Origin: Bdellovibrionales bacterium | Lineage (GTDB): Bacteria > Bdellovibrionota > Bdellovibrionia > Bdellovibrionales > UBA1609 | Assembly (NCBI GenBank): GCA_965261545.1 | Contig: CBDHDF010000010.1 | Span: 640,001 to 704,000 of the forward strand | Direction of reading: 5' to 3' | Length of the DNA: 64,000 nucleotides | Part shown: in pieces, positions 50,570 to 59,733 of the stretch | Layout of the letters: the number at the start of each line of letters is the position of its first letter | Numbering within the stretch: position 1 is the stretch's first letter | Translations under genes and position numbers: made by a program | Notes under the pieces: model-generated | What the model was told of the DNA's origin: nothing | The model's input: only the letters and a program-made list of their open reading frames with translations | Database searches by the model: none

Positions 50570-51046
50570 TTAAGCCCAACGATGAAAGGCTAAGTGCCCC
50601 TCTTTCACAGCCACAAATAAGCCTTTACAAGTGGCACAAACCTTACCTCCCACACTCAACTCACCGTGAACTGTAGCTCGATCCACTTCAAACTGAGCCA
50701 CCCAAGCTCGAAGATGAACCGTCTCCGAGGAAGGAGTCGGTCTGCGAAGGTGAATGCTGTAGGAGGCCGTAACCGTGCATGTAGGATGATCCAAGTGATT
50801 GACGCTCATCAGATGCCATGCCGCCATCCAATTGCAGTGGCAATCGAGAAGACTACCAATAATTCCACCATTTAAAACTCCAGGAAAAGCCTCATGGTGA
50901 ACTTGGGGGACCCACTGACACAGGGACTCCTCACCTTGAATATACGACTTGATTTGGAGCCCTTTTTCATTGGAGGGCCCACAGCCAAAACAAATGCTAT
51001 TGGGCGCATAATGATCTTGTAAAATAAGATGATTCTTCTGGTTCAT
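50570..51046 (-). CDS. PaaI/hotdog-fold thioesterase
   Basis: CFGCGPSN..GL, GVLNGGIIGSLLDCH, VTA......RPTP. Confidence 0.88.
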   Translation of the reverse strand: MNQKNHLILQDHYAPNSICFGCGPSNEKGLQIKSYIQGEESLCQWVPQVHHEAFPGVLNGGIIGSLLDCHCNWMAAWHLMSVNHLDHPTCTVTASYSIHLRRPTPSSETVHLRAWVAQFEVDRATVHGELSVGGKVCATCKGLFVAVKEGHLAFHRWA

Positions 51047-51078
51047 TCTATGTGCCCCCATGGCTTCTTTGATTTTAA

Positions 51079-51780
51079 TCACGGGTAAAGCTGAGTGAGT
51101 TTCCATTGTTTCCTTTGACTCTGGATCCGCTCATAGAGCCACCTCTGGTGGAGCCTATTTTCTTCCTTCAACCAAAATTCAATGCGCTCAGGTATAAGCT
51201 GGTAACCTCCCCAATTTTTTGGACAAGGTATTTCTTTCTTGTTCGCCCACTCTTGTTCACACTCTTTGTAAGCACCTTTCAGTGAATAAAACTCTGAAAC
51301 AGATTGAGATTGCCTAGAAAAAAACTGACTGATTTGGCTGCCTCGTGGCCTCTGCTTCCAATAGTTTTCAGAGTCTTTACGTGAGGCCCTCTGAACCAGC
51401 CCCTCTATGCGAACTTGGCGACACCACTTGTCCCAGTAAAAGTTCAAGGCAGCCTTGGGGTTTTGAGAAATTTGCTCCCCCTTCAAACTATCGTAGTTGG
51501 TGTAAAAGAAAAGCCCCTCTTCAGTCAGTTTCTTCAGTAGCACCACCCGAGAAGACACATCCCCATGGAGAGAAGAGGTGGAAAGAACCATGGCCAAGGG
51601 TTCTTGAATATCCATTTTGATTGCCTGCCTCAACCAATGGGCCAAAATGAAAAAAGGCTGCCCCCCCCCATCATCCACAGGCTCCCAGGAAGAATCACCA
51701 GGGTATGAAGTACTTTCCAGACCAGAGACTGAAGCACTTTCACCACCAGGAACTTGAATCACCTCATTCACATCCATCAA
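51079..51780 (-). CDS. pdxH: Pyridoxamine 5'-phosphate oxidase
   Basis: SRVVLLK, FYTNYDS.KG, RQVRIEG, RPRGSQ, WGGY, IEFW...RLHQR. Confidence 0.95.
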   Translation of the reverse strand: MMDVNEVIQVPGGESASVSGLESTSYPGDSSWEPVDDGGGQPFFILAHWLRQAIKMDIQEPLAMVLSTSSLHGDVSSRVVLLKKLTEEGLFFYTNYDSLKGEQISQNPKAALNFYWDKWCRQVRIEGLVQRASRKDSENYWKQRPRGSQISQFFSRQSQSVSEFYSLKGAYKECEQEWANKKEIPCPKNWGGYQLIPERIEFWLKEENRLHQRWLYERIQSQRKQWKLTQLYP

Positions 51781-51806
51781 GACCTACCACACCACTGCTG
51801 CGTGGG

Positions 51807-52763
51807 CTAAATATCAAAGCCTTGCTTTTTCATCCATCCATCATCCACATGCTTTGTAAAATAATTATGAGTTCCATCGGGAAGAACAACCACACAATTT
51901 TGTCCCGCTTTCAGTTCTCGCCCCTTTGCCATGGCCGCCTGAAGAGCCGCCCCACAGGAACCACCTACCAGTAGTCCCTCTTCTTTTATAAGCCTTCTTG
52001 CCAAAGTAAAAGAGGCTTGGTCATTGGTTTTGACCCATGTATCTACCAAATCACGATTGAGAACATCAGGAACAAAATCATAACCTATACCTTCAACAAG
52101 ATAAGGCTTGACCTCTCCCTCGCCTGCCAAAATGGAGCCATCAGGATCTGCACCAACAATCACCGCTTGAGGACAAAACTCCTTAACTCGACGGGCCACC
52201 CCTGTAATAGTCCCCCCTGTTCCCGCACCCATGACCACCATATCCACTTTGCCCTCCATATCTTCGATAATTTCTGCTCCCGTTCCATGGTAGTGGGCAT
52301 TGGGGTTTGAAGCATTGCTATACTGGTCGAGGAGGTGGGAGTTGGGAGTCTCCGAATGCAACTTCTTTGCCACACCTATATGGCTTCGAGGATCATCCCA
52401 AGCCACATCAATAGGCGTACGAATGACTTCAGCTCCCAAGGCAGTAAGAAGCACTTGCTTCTCATGACTCATTTTATCGGGAAGCGTAATAATAATTCGA
52501 TATCCCTTCACGGCACCAACGAGAGCCATACCAATCCCCGTATTTCCACTGGATGCCTCAATGAGAGTATCCCCTGGCTTGATACGCTTCGACGTCTCAG
52601 CATCTATGACCATCTGGTAAGCAATGCGATCTTTGACAGATCCACCAGGGTTCATAAATTCACACTTTGCATAGAGATCACACTCTAAATCAGCACCTAT
52701 TTTTGATAATTTCACCAAGGGGGTACGTCCAATGGTTTCTAGAATATTTTTATAGAATTTCAC
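51807..52763 (-). CDS. PLP-dependent cysteine synthase family protein, cystathionine beta-synthase-like (no CBS domain)
   Basis: KCEFMNPGGSVKDR, EASSGNTG, DQYSN..NP, GAGTGGT, YLVEGIGYDF; GTG start at 52763 chosen. Confidence 0.88.
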   Translation of the reverse strand: MKFYKNILETIGRTPLVKLSKIGADLECDLYAKCEFMNPGGSVKDRIAYQMVIDAETSKRIKPGDTLIEASSGNTGIGMALVGAVKGYRIIITLPDKMSHEKQVLLTALGAEVIRTPIDVAWDDPRSHIGVAKKLHSETPNSHLLDQYSNASNPNAHYHGTGAEIIEDMEGKVDMVVMGAGTGGTITGVARRVKEFCPQAVIVGADPDGSILAGEGEVKPYLVEGIGYDFVPDVLNRDLVDTWVKTNDQASFTLARRLIKEEGLLVGGSCGAALQAAMAKGRELKAGQNCVVVLPDGTHNYFTKHVDDGWMKKQGFDI

Positions 52764-52875
52764 CTTCCCTCTACTCCCTTCTCTTTTTCCTTCTCTGCCT
52801 TTCGTAGCCTTCAAACTTTCACAAGCTTCGTAGTTTTCATAATTTTTATAGTGAAAACGATTCTCTACACACTCC

Positions 52876-53262
52876 TTACGAACGAGTGGCAATAACTTCA
52901 ATCTCTACATCTACGCCCTTGGGCAACCGAGAAACTTCCACACAAGAACGAGCTGGGGGCTCATTGCTAAAGTAACGGGAATATACACTATTCACCTGGG
53001 CAAATTCATCCATATTAGTGAGAAAAATACCGCACTTGACAATGTGATTAAAACTCAAACCTGCCGCCTCCAAAACAGCTTGAATATTTTCCATAACTTT
53101 CTTAGTCTGCTCCTCGATACTTCCCTGAATCAGTTCGCCTGTTTCAGCATCCAAGGGAATTTGCCCCGAACAAAATAAAAAATCACCCACAGCCAAAGCC
53201 TGCGAATAGGGCCCCACAGGTTCTGGAGCTTTTCTAGTTTGAATCACAGTTCGTTGGGCCAT
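52876..53262 (-). CDS. ridA: RidA/YjgF enamine deaminase
   Basis: GPYSQA, SGQIP, VNSVY..YF...PPARSCVEV..LP....VEIE. Confidence 0.92.
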   Translation of the reverse strand: MAQRTVIQTRKAPEPVGPYSQALAVGDFLFCSGQIPLDAETGELIQGSIEEQTKKVMENIQAVLEAAGLSFNHIVKCGIFLTNMDEFAQVNSVYSRYFSNEPPARSCVEVSRLPKGVDVEIEVIATRS

Positions 53263-53359
53263 ATTTATCTCCTTACAGTACAACAATACAACAATACAAT
53301 CTACGCTGCTGCACAAAGCAACTCTACAAGTAAAAAAAGTAACCTTATAAGAAGTAACC

Positions 53360-53899
53360 TTATAAGTAAAAAATAATACCTGCACGAATAGGGTGAGTGC
53401 CTAAAGTTCTAAATCTCACATGGCTTGAGAGAGAAACAACACCCACTCCAAATTCAAAGCTAAAACCTAAGCTATCGAGACCTGGTATAAAAAATTCCCC
53501 ACCTCCATAGGCACTCAAGGCAAAACCAGATTCATTGTCGCCCGCCTTGCTACCAGCGGAGAACCCGGGGCTCTCCTGACTAAAAATACCAGCCCCACCT
53601 CCAAAATAAAAATTCATATGTTGCTCTACAAAGACGATTCGGTAGGCTTTGGCCATAAAACCAAATTTAGAAATATCCTCCTGAGCATCAACTCCCAGTG
53701 CCATAGAAATACCTAGGTTGCTCTTAGGATAGTACTGCACAGTAATACTTGGAAGATCAACAGACAATTGCCTCGTGTAACCAATACCTAAACGATTGGA
53801 CAAATCCTTAGCCCAAAGATCATGAGTACTTCCAAAAATACAAATCATACAAATAAACAAAAGAATACTTTTTCGACGCATAATTCTCTCCTCACTCAA
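53360..53899 (-). CDS. Small outer-membrane beta-barrel protein
   Basis: Signal peptide, alternating Gly/aromatic strands, C-terminal GIIFYL. Confidence 0.7.
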   Translation of the reverse strand: MSEERIMRRKSILLFICMICIFGSTHDLWAKDLSNRLGIGYTRQLSVDLPSITVQYYPKSNLGISMALGVDAQEDISKFGFMAKAYRIVFVEQHMNFYFGGGAGIFSQESPGFSAGSKAGDNESGFALSAYGGGEFFIPGLDSLGFSFEFGVGVVSLSSHVRFRTLGTHPIRAGIIFYL

Positions 53900-54221
53900 G
53901 TTTATTTATTTAACCCCCTAAACCTCTGCTTCGTCAAGGGGAGCCTATCTTAAAATCATGAACTTAAAACCATGAAGCCTCCGAGATGCATCAACTCTAC
54001 AACATTAAGCACATCCACCGGAGTTAAATGGGGCCCAATGCTTTGCATTATTTACATACTTAGGGATATTTTGCCCTAAAAAGCTTCATTTATGTACCAA
54101 AATCAGTTATATACTAATATGCGAAATTCAGTGGCATTACCAGATTATGGAGTGCCGCCCACAGACCAAGTTGAAAAAGAAACTAAGATAAAAAAAATAA
54201 GGTAAAGAAAGGAAACCCACT

Positions 54222-56621
54222 ATGGATACAAAGAATACAAAAAACAGGCCATCAAATAAAAATCAGAACCAAAATCAAGGTATCACGTTGGGAATTGATC
54301 TAGGGACAACAAACTCTGCTGTGGCCGTCCGGCGCCTTGAATCAGAAATCATTGCCAATGACCAGGGAGATTGGTTAACCCCCTCATGCGTCCACTTGAA
54401 AGAAAGCTCCCAAGGACTCCATACAGACAACGTCGTGGTGGGTAAAAAAGCTCTCCATTGGGGCAAACAAGAACCTAAAGCCACCATCACCCATATAAAA
54501 AGGCTCATGGGAAGAGGCTTCTTCGACGCCCATGTTCAAGACATCATCCAAGAAACCAAAGTGGGGTACAACATACAACAAAGTGAGTCGGGCTCCACAG
54601 ATTCACTCGTGGTGGGCATTCCATCTCATCTTGAAAAAAAAGAAATATTTGAGTTCTCTCCCGAAGAAATATCATCCACCATACTAAGAAGCCTTAAAGA
54701 CGATGCTGAAAGAGAACTTGATTCCCATGTCAGCCGGGCAGTGATCACAGTCCCTGCCTATTTTAATGACAGACAAAGACATGCCACGATGGTCGCCGCA
54801 AAGCTCGCTGGATTCCAAGACTGCTCTCTCCTCCCAGAACCCAGCGCAGCAGCCATTTCATTTGGCATTGATGATCTAGGTGGTAAAGCTCTTAAAACTC
54901 TCGCTGTTTTTGACTTTGGAGGAGGCACTTTAGATATCTCTATTTTAACCCTTGGAGGCCAAAATGTTGTGGAGCAAGGCAAGACCGGAGATATGTGGCT
55001 TGGCGGCAAAGATATTGACCAAGCTCTTATGAAATACATCCTAGGAAAAGTGGAGAGAGAAAACACAGATATCCAGTTCTCTCGCATCACAAAACAAATG
55101 CCTTCTGACAAAGTCCTGCAAGCTCAAATAGAAATGGAGAGCATCGCTGAACAAGCCAAAATTCAACTCACTCACAAGGATTCGGTTCCCGTCACCATAT
55201 CGGGCCTTTTTGAAGAGGATGGACTCCCTATGGACTTTGAGTTAATCCTCACACAAGAAGAACTCAATGCTGTTGTGGAACCCATGATAGATCGATCCAT
55301 GAAGTTGATGGAATATCTGCTCAAGGACTTGAGTTTAACCACTGACTCTATTGATGACGTCTTACTTGTTGGAGGCTCTTCGCAAATTCCTCTCTTAAAA
55401 ACAAAAATGATTGAGATGTTCGGAGAGGAAAAAGTACACTCCCACCCGCGCCCTATGCTAACTGTCGTGGAGGGAGCGGCCATTTACTCCCAACACAAAC
55501 TCGGTGGCTCTCGCCCCTCCCACACCTCTAGGGGTGAGAAAGAACTTGAAGATATTCTCTTCACATCCGCCCATGATTATTTCTTAAAAGTTCCCGGTAA
55601 AAACTCTCCACCCATCCACCTCGTGAAAAAAAATGAACCCTTGCCCATGGAAAGAGAATTTGAAATTCAATTAGAGAGCAAAGATCAGAAAATTCTGCAA
55701 CTTCAATTCTTAAACCTTGTCAATAATGATTACGAAGGGGTGGGACGGCTTTGGCTTTCTCTCTACTTGTCAGAGGCCATTGAACGCCAAGTTCAATCAG
55801 CGAAGAAAGCCCCCGTCGTGATTCTCAAGGTGATCATCAATGAAGATAACCTGATCTCTGTAAGTTGTCGGCTTAAAGACCTTGCCGACGCCGTGATTCA
55901 ACACAGCATTTCCCGAGGAAAATCCAACGAGCAGTTGTATCTGCGCCTTGAAAAGGGAATTCAATTTTTGAATCAAAGTCAAGATGAAGATAGCTATTGG
56001 AGCAAAATCGATTACGAACAACGAGCGATTTCCATTGTTGAAGACATCAATCGTATACTACACCAACAGACAGAAATTGTGAATAAACAAGTCCAATCAC
56101 AAGCAGAAGCTAAATTGAAAACAGCCTCAGAGTTGATGGAAAGAAAAGTCAGTATCTTTGGAAATATCTGGTTTCTCGAAGACTTCCATACATTTTGCAA
56201 ATATTATTTAAAGCGCCACCACCATTATATAAAACACCATACAAGCCAAGAAACACCTTTCAACAGTAACGACATTGAGGCAAACAAACAAGGCATATTA
56301 AAGCACTTTGCCCAACAAATAAGTCTTTTAAAGAAGAAAAATCTTACCGGAGATGTCGAAGAGTTGCGTCAAATGGCAGATAAAATCTTTAATGAATTTA
56401 GGTCTAAGTTCCCCAAAGAGATGAATCTGTACGAATACAATACGCTCATAGAAGACGCTAAGTCACTCAACATGAAAAAAGAGGCTCAAGAAATTTCTAA
56501 TATTGTAACTCAGAAATCTTCTCCAGAGTCCACGGAACGCCTCGCCCAGTTGGTCAGAAGCGTCAGGTCCCAAGCAAACAGTAAATCCTACAACATTGAC
56601 ACTGGCTTCACCCTTTCATGA
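54222..56621 (+). CDS. Atypical Hsp70-family protein (not canonical DnaK) with divergent substrate-binding domain and helical C-terminal extension
   Basis: GIDLGTTNS, IKRLMG, ITVPAYF, DFGGGTLD, LGGKDID, LLVGGSSQIP; DnaK linker and substrate-binding loops not conserved. Confidence 0.93.
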   Translation: MDTKNTKNRPSNKNQNQNQGITLGIDLGTTNSAVAVRRLESEIIANDQGDWLTPSCVHLKESSQGLHTDNVVVGKKALHWGKQEPKATITHIKRLMGRGFFDAHVQDIIQETKVGYNIQQSESGSTDSLVVGIPSHLEKKEIFEFSPEEISSTILRSLKDDAERELDSHVSRAVITVPAYFNDRQRHATMVAAKLAGFQDCSLLPEPSAAAISFGIDDLGGKALKTLAVFDFGGGTLDISILTLGGQNVVEQGKTGDMWLGGKDIDQALMKYILGKVERENTDIQFSRITKQMPSDKVLQAQIEMESIAEQAKIQLTHKDSVPVTISGLFEEDGLPMDFELILTQEELNAVVEPMIDRSMKLMEYLLKDLSLTTDSIDDVLLVGGSSQIPLLKTKMIEMFGEEKVHSHPRPMLTVVEGAAIYSQHKLGGSRPSHTSRGEKELEDILFTSAHDYFLKVPGKNSPPIHLVKKNEPLPMEREFEIQLESKDQKILQLQFLNLVNNDYEGVGRLWLSLYLSEAIERQVQSAKKAPVVILKVIINEDNLISVSCRLKDLADAVIQHSISRGKSNEQLYLRLEKGIQFLNQSQDEDSYWSKIDYEQRAISIVEDINRILHQQTEIVNKQVQSQAEAKLKTASELMERKVSIFGNIWFLEDFHTFCKYYLKRHHHYIKHHTSQETPFNSNDIEANKQGILKHFAQQISLLKKKNLTGDVEELRQMADKIFNEFRSKFPKEMNLYEYNTLIEDAKSLNMKKEAQEISNIVTQKSSPESTERLAQLVRSVRSQANSKSYNIDTGFTLS

Positions 56622-56628
56622 GGTTATT

Positions 56629-57801
56629 ATGAGTGCCTCCGTTGACCCTCAACTCTCTTTCTCTATCTCCTCTTGTCCTATTTGTGCCAAAAAGGGGATT
56701 GAGGGCTATAAAACCTGCCCTCAGTGCCAATCCAACCTTCACGCCTTTTCTATTGTCAGCAAACTTTCTCAACAACCTCCTCCGGCTTCTTCTTCCCCCA
56801 CTTTTCCCACTCCCCCCTCCTCTCTTTTTTCTCCCCCTCCTGCTACCGCTCCCACAGCTTCCACGACTCCTAAACCTGCCCCAGCTATTCCCAAACCTTC
56901 TCTCACCGCCCCCACGACGGCAAATGTAACTACCAAAGAAAACCCCACACCAATAAGCCATGAAGATCACTCATATAAAGATCAGTCAAAAGAAAACAAT
57001 GGCAAATACAACAAGACTAAAAAAAATCTAAATGATTCTGCAATGCCCTTCTTCCATTCCCAAAAAGATATGGAGTTCTTTATTCCCCAAACCGCTTCGG
57101 GTTGGATCCACCCAAAGTGGGTTTTCACGTTTACTTTGGGAATGACCCTCATCCTTCTTACCTTTCTTACGATCATTTTTTACCTCTATCAAAATCAGAC
57201 CCATACCTATATGGCCCTTCTCAGCGAAAGCCTTATGGGAAAGCACCATCAATCCACGCTCGCAACTATAGAAGCTCCTCCCCTGCACAACCCACAACAC
57301 TTCAGTTCAAGTAGCGATACAAACAATACGCAACATATAAACAACGCAAACCAAACATCCACTCTGTCCACAAAATTCACGGCCACAACAACGGCACCCA
57401 GTGAAACTCCCAATGAGGCTCCCAGTGACAAATACCTTGAGTACATCTTTAAAAATGGAGACACTCTCTGGGGTATCGCCAGAACAAATTGGAATCACGG
57501 CTACTACTACCCCATCCTATTGGAAAAAAACCCTTGGCTCTCCCTATTTGGTGATAATACCGGACTTCGCCTTCAAGTCCTCAAAGATATCAATCAAGTA
57601 CGTAGGGATTATCAAAATTTAATTGTACACATGGACGGCTTAGAGAGTGCCACATTCTTTAAATACCGAGTTCGCCCCCAAGACACATGGGAAAAGGTGG
57701 CCAAGAATTTTCTTGGAAAAGAAGACAGTTCGTTCATAAAACACCTCAACTCGAACAAACTACACCCAGGAACACGCATTCTCATTCCCCTTGAGCAATG
57801 A
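56629..57801 (+). CDS. Zn-ribbon / Pro-rich linker / single TM / two LysM domain protein
   Basis: CPIC...CPQC; TM WVFTFTLGMTLILLTFLTIIFYLY; YIFKNGDTLWGIA and YRVRPQDTWEKVA...LHPGTRILIP; ATG 8 bp after the Hsp70 stop. Confidence 0.8.
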   Translation: MSASVDPQLSFSISSCPICAKKGIEGYKTCPQCQSNLHAFSIVSKLSQQPPPASSSPTFPTPPSSLFSPPPATAPTASTTPKPAPAIPKPSLTAPTTANVTTKENPTPISHEDHSYKDQSKENNGKYNKTKKNLNDSAMPFFHSQKDMEFFIPQTASGWIHPKWVFTFTLGMTLILLTFLTIIFYLYQNQTHTYMALLSESLMGKHHQSTLATIEAPPLHNPQHFSSSSDTNNTQHINNANQTSTLSTKFTATTTAPSETPNEAPSDKYLEYIFKNGDTLWGIARTNWNHGYYYPILLEKNPWLSLFGDNTGLRLQVLKDINQVRRDYQNLIVHMDGLESATFFKYRVRPQDTWEKVAKNFLGKEDSSFIKHLNSNKLHPGTRILIPLEQ

Positions 57802-57827
57802 GAAAACAGTGAGATAGGAGAAAGACT

Positions 57828-59156
57828 ATGCCTTTAAGCAAAACGCCTTTAAATAAAACGAAAGATGAGATGACCAATTCCAAAGTTTTAATGAAAAAAA
57901 GAGACGAAGTTATCGTTCGCGCCCGCAAATTTCTAAAAAAAGGGGATACTCACAAAGCCTTAAACAATTATTATACAGCTCTTCAAATACAAGTATCCGA
58001 TAAAATCAACAAAGAAATACTAGCCTTAGAAGAAAAAATCATTCAGAAGTCTTTTCCTAAAGAATACGAAATTGTTCACAATAAATCTTACAATAACGGC
58101 AATGGCGACCCATCGAATATCTTTTTAAATTTAGAAAATCATTTTAAGCTTTGGCCTGTGCAAAAAAAAATCACATATTTTTTAGAAACTAAGCAATGGG
58201 ACAAAGTGGATGCCATGTGGTCTAAAGATATAGTTCCTTTTTTAGACGCAGTTTTTGTTGGAAAATACTACATAGAAAAGAAAAATGTTTGGGATACCTT
58301 CTTACTTTGGCAACCTCTGTTGGCCCCTCTGGGATTCTACAAAAGCGAAAGAAAAACAAAAATTTCCAACAAAGAAAAACACGTCCTACCAGAAGAAAAA
58401 TCGAAAATTGAAAAACCAAAAAATATAGAAAAGAAAAAAAAGTCAAAAAAAAATAAGACAGGAGATATTTCACCACCTCTCCTAAAAGAAACTCATATAG
58501 ATATGCTAAAACAACATTTGATCACCTTTATCTCTAAACGAGAAATTCCTCACTTAGATGGATTGACTCTAGATGGAGCCTTTTGGCTATCAATTCATAT
58601 GCCACAGGAATGTTTTAAGACCATGATCCACTACTATATCAACCAACTCATTTATGAGGGTCTTTGGCACAAAGGGTTTAAATTTTACAATGACATCACT
58701 GAAATCTGTCAAACAACATCATGGATGGACACAAATAGTCAAATTTTAGACATGAATTTAAAGTGTTGGAAGGTGCACCACGGCCAGTATAAAACCCCCC
58801 AAGAGTGCTCCATTGAAGTAAAAAATATATTAAAACAAGTTCAAAATTTAAACCTTGTTAAGGAGCTTCACACTGAAGATAGAGAAAGTTTCCTAAATCT
58901 TCTCTCTGAGTTTCTTCAAGCACCAACTCTCTCATATAACAACGATCACTGGACCACTCTGTGTTATGAAAACCCCTATAAAATGATGGATATGAGACAG
59001 CCCTGTGATCAAAAATCAATGATGAATTTATTCGCCAGATCCATTGCGCAAAAGAAGATGCCTCTTAACAAACTTCTAAAGATTCAAAGGATTTTAGCAA
59101 ATCCTCAAACCAATCGAGTTTTAAAATTGATGTTTTCACCTATAAATAAAACATAA
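57828..59156 (+). CDS. Helical/TPR-like protein with C-terminal degenerate J-like domain
   Basis: ARKFLKKGDTHKALNNYYTAL (TPR-like); C-terminal NPYKMMDM...KSMMNLF...RILANPQTNR. Confidence 0.6.
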   Translation: MPLSKTPLNKTKDEMTNSKVLMKKRDEVIVRARKFLKKGDTHKALNNYYTALQIQVSDKINKEILALEEKIIQKSFPKEYEIVHNKSYNNGNGDPSNIFLNLENHFKLWPVQKKITYFLETKQWDKVDAMWSKDIVPFLDAVFVGKYYIEKKNVWDTFLLWQPLLAPLGFYKSERKTKISNKEKHVLPEEKSKIEKPKNIEKKKKSKKNKTGDISPPLLKETHIDMLKQHLITFISKREIPHLDGLTLDGAFWLSIHMPQECFKTMIHYYINQLIYEGLWHKGFKFYNDITEICQTTSWMDTNSQILDMNLKCWKVHHGQYKTPQECSIEVKNILKQVQNLNLVKELHTEDRESFLNLLSEFLQAPTLSYNNDHWTTLCYENPYKMMDMRQPCDQKSMMNLFARSIAQKKMPLNKLLKIQRILANPQTNRVLKLMFSPINKT

Positions 59157-59169
59157 ATATTATAAAATA

Positions 59170-59664
59170 ATGATTATAGAAAACCCAAGTGACAAAGAAA
59201 GATATGATCCCATGGATATTAAAAACGAAAAAGAAGAACTGGTGGATTTTCTAGTAAATGTGCAAAAAACAGTTCTCTTTCAAAAAAAAGAGATTAAAGA
59301 CACTAAATTTAAAATAGAAAAACAACAAAAAGAGTACTTCTTATTTCTCATTGATGTCTTAGACAAATTCAATGGGCTCTACGACACCATTGCCTCCCAA
59401 ACAGACCGTTTTGACTCAACAAGCTTAAAGGTATTCAGAAGCTTTGATATTATCAGAAAGAAAATATCCCATCACCTAGCGTCTGAATCTGTCCATCCCA
59501 TTGATCTAAGTGATGGACTGGTAAAAATAAATCTATGCGAAGTGGTGAGTTCCGAAGAAATTGATGACGATCGCATGAAAGGTAAGATAAAAAATGTGCT
59601 CAGTACGGGATACACCCACAACGATAAGGTTTTAAAGAGCACTCGTGTCACAACCTACCGCTGA
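59170..59664 (+). CDS. GrpE-like nucleotide exchange factor
   Basis: Coiled coil, LIDVLDKF, L..ESVHPI, CEVV, G.I..V...GY....KVLK...V matches the GrpE pattern. Confidence 0.8.
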   Translation: MIIENPSDKERYDPMDIKNEKEELVDFLVNVQKTVLFQKKEIKDTKFKIEKQQKEYFLFLIDVLDKFNGLYDTIASQTDRFDSTSLKVFRSFDIIRKKISHHLASESVHPIDLSDGLVKINLCEVVSSEEIDDDRMKGKIKNVLSTGYTHNDKVLKSTRVTTYR

Positions 59665-59733
59665 ACTATAATACCGCTAAGACATAGTACCGAGAAGCCA
59701 TAATATCTAAAACATAATAATAAAGTAAAAAAT

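Noticed and set aside
54027..54047. Sigma-54 promoter or CIRCE for the Hsp70 operon
   Set aside because: GG-to-GC spacing is off by one and no TTAGCACTC-N9-GAGTGCTAA is present
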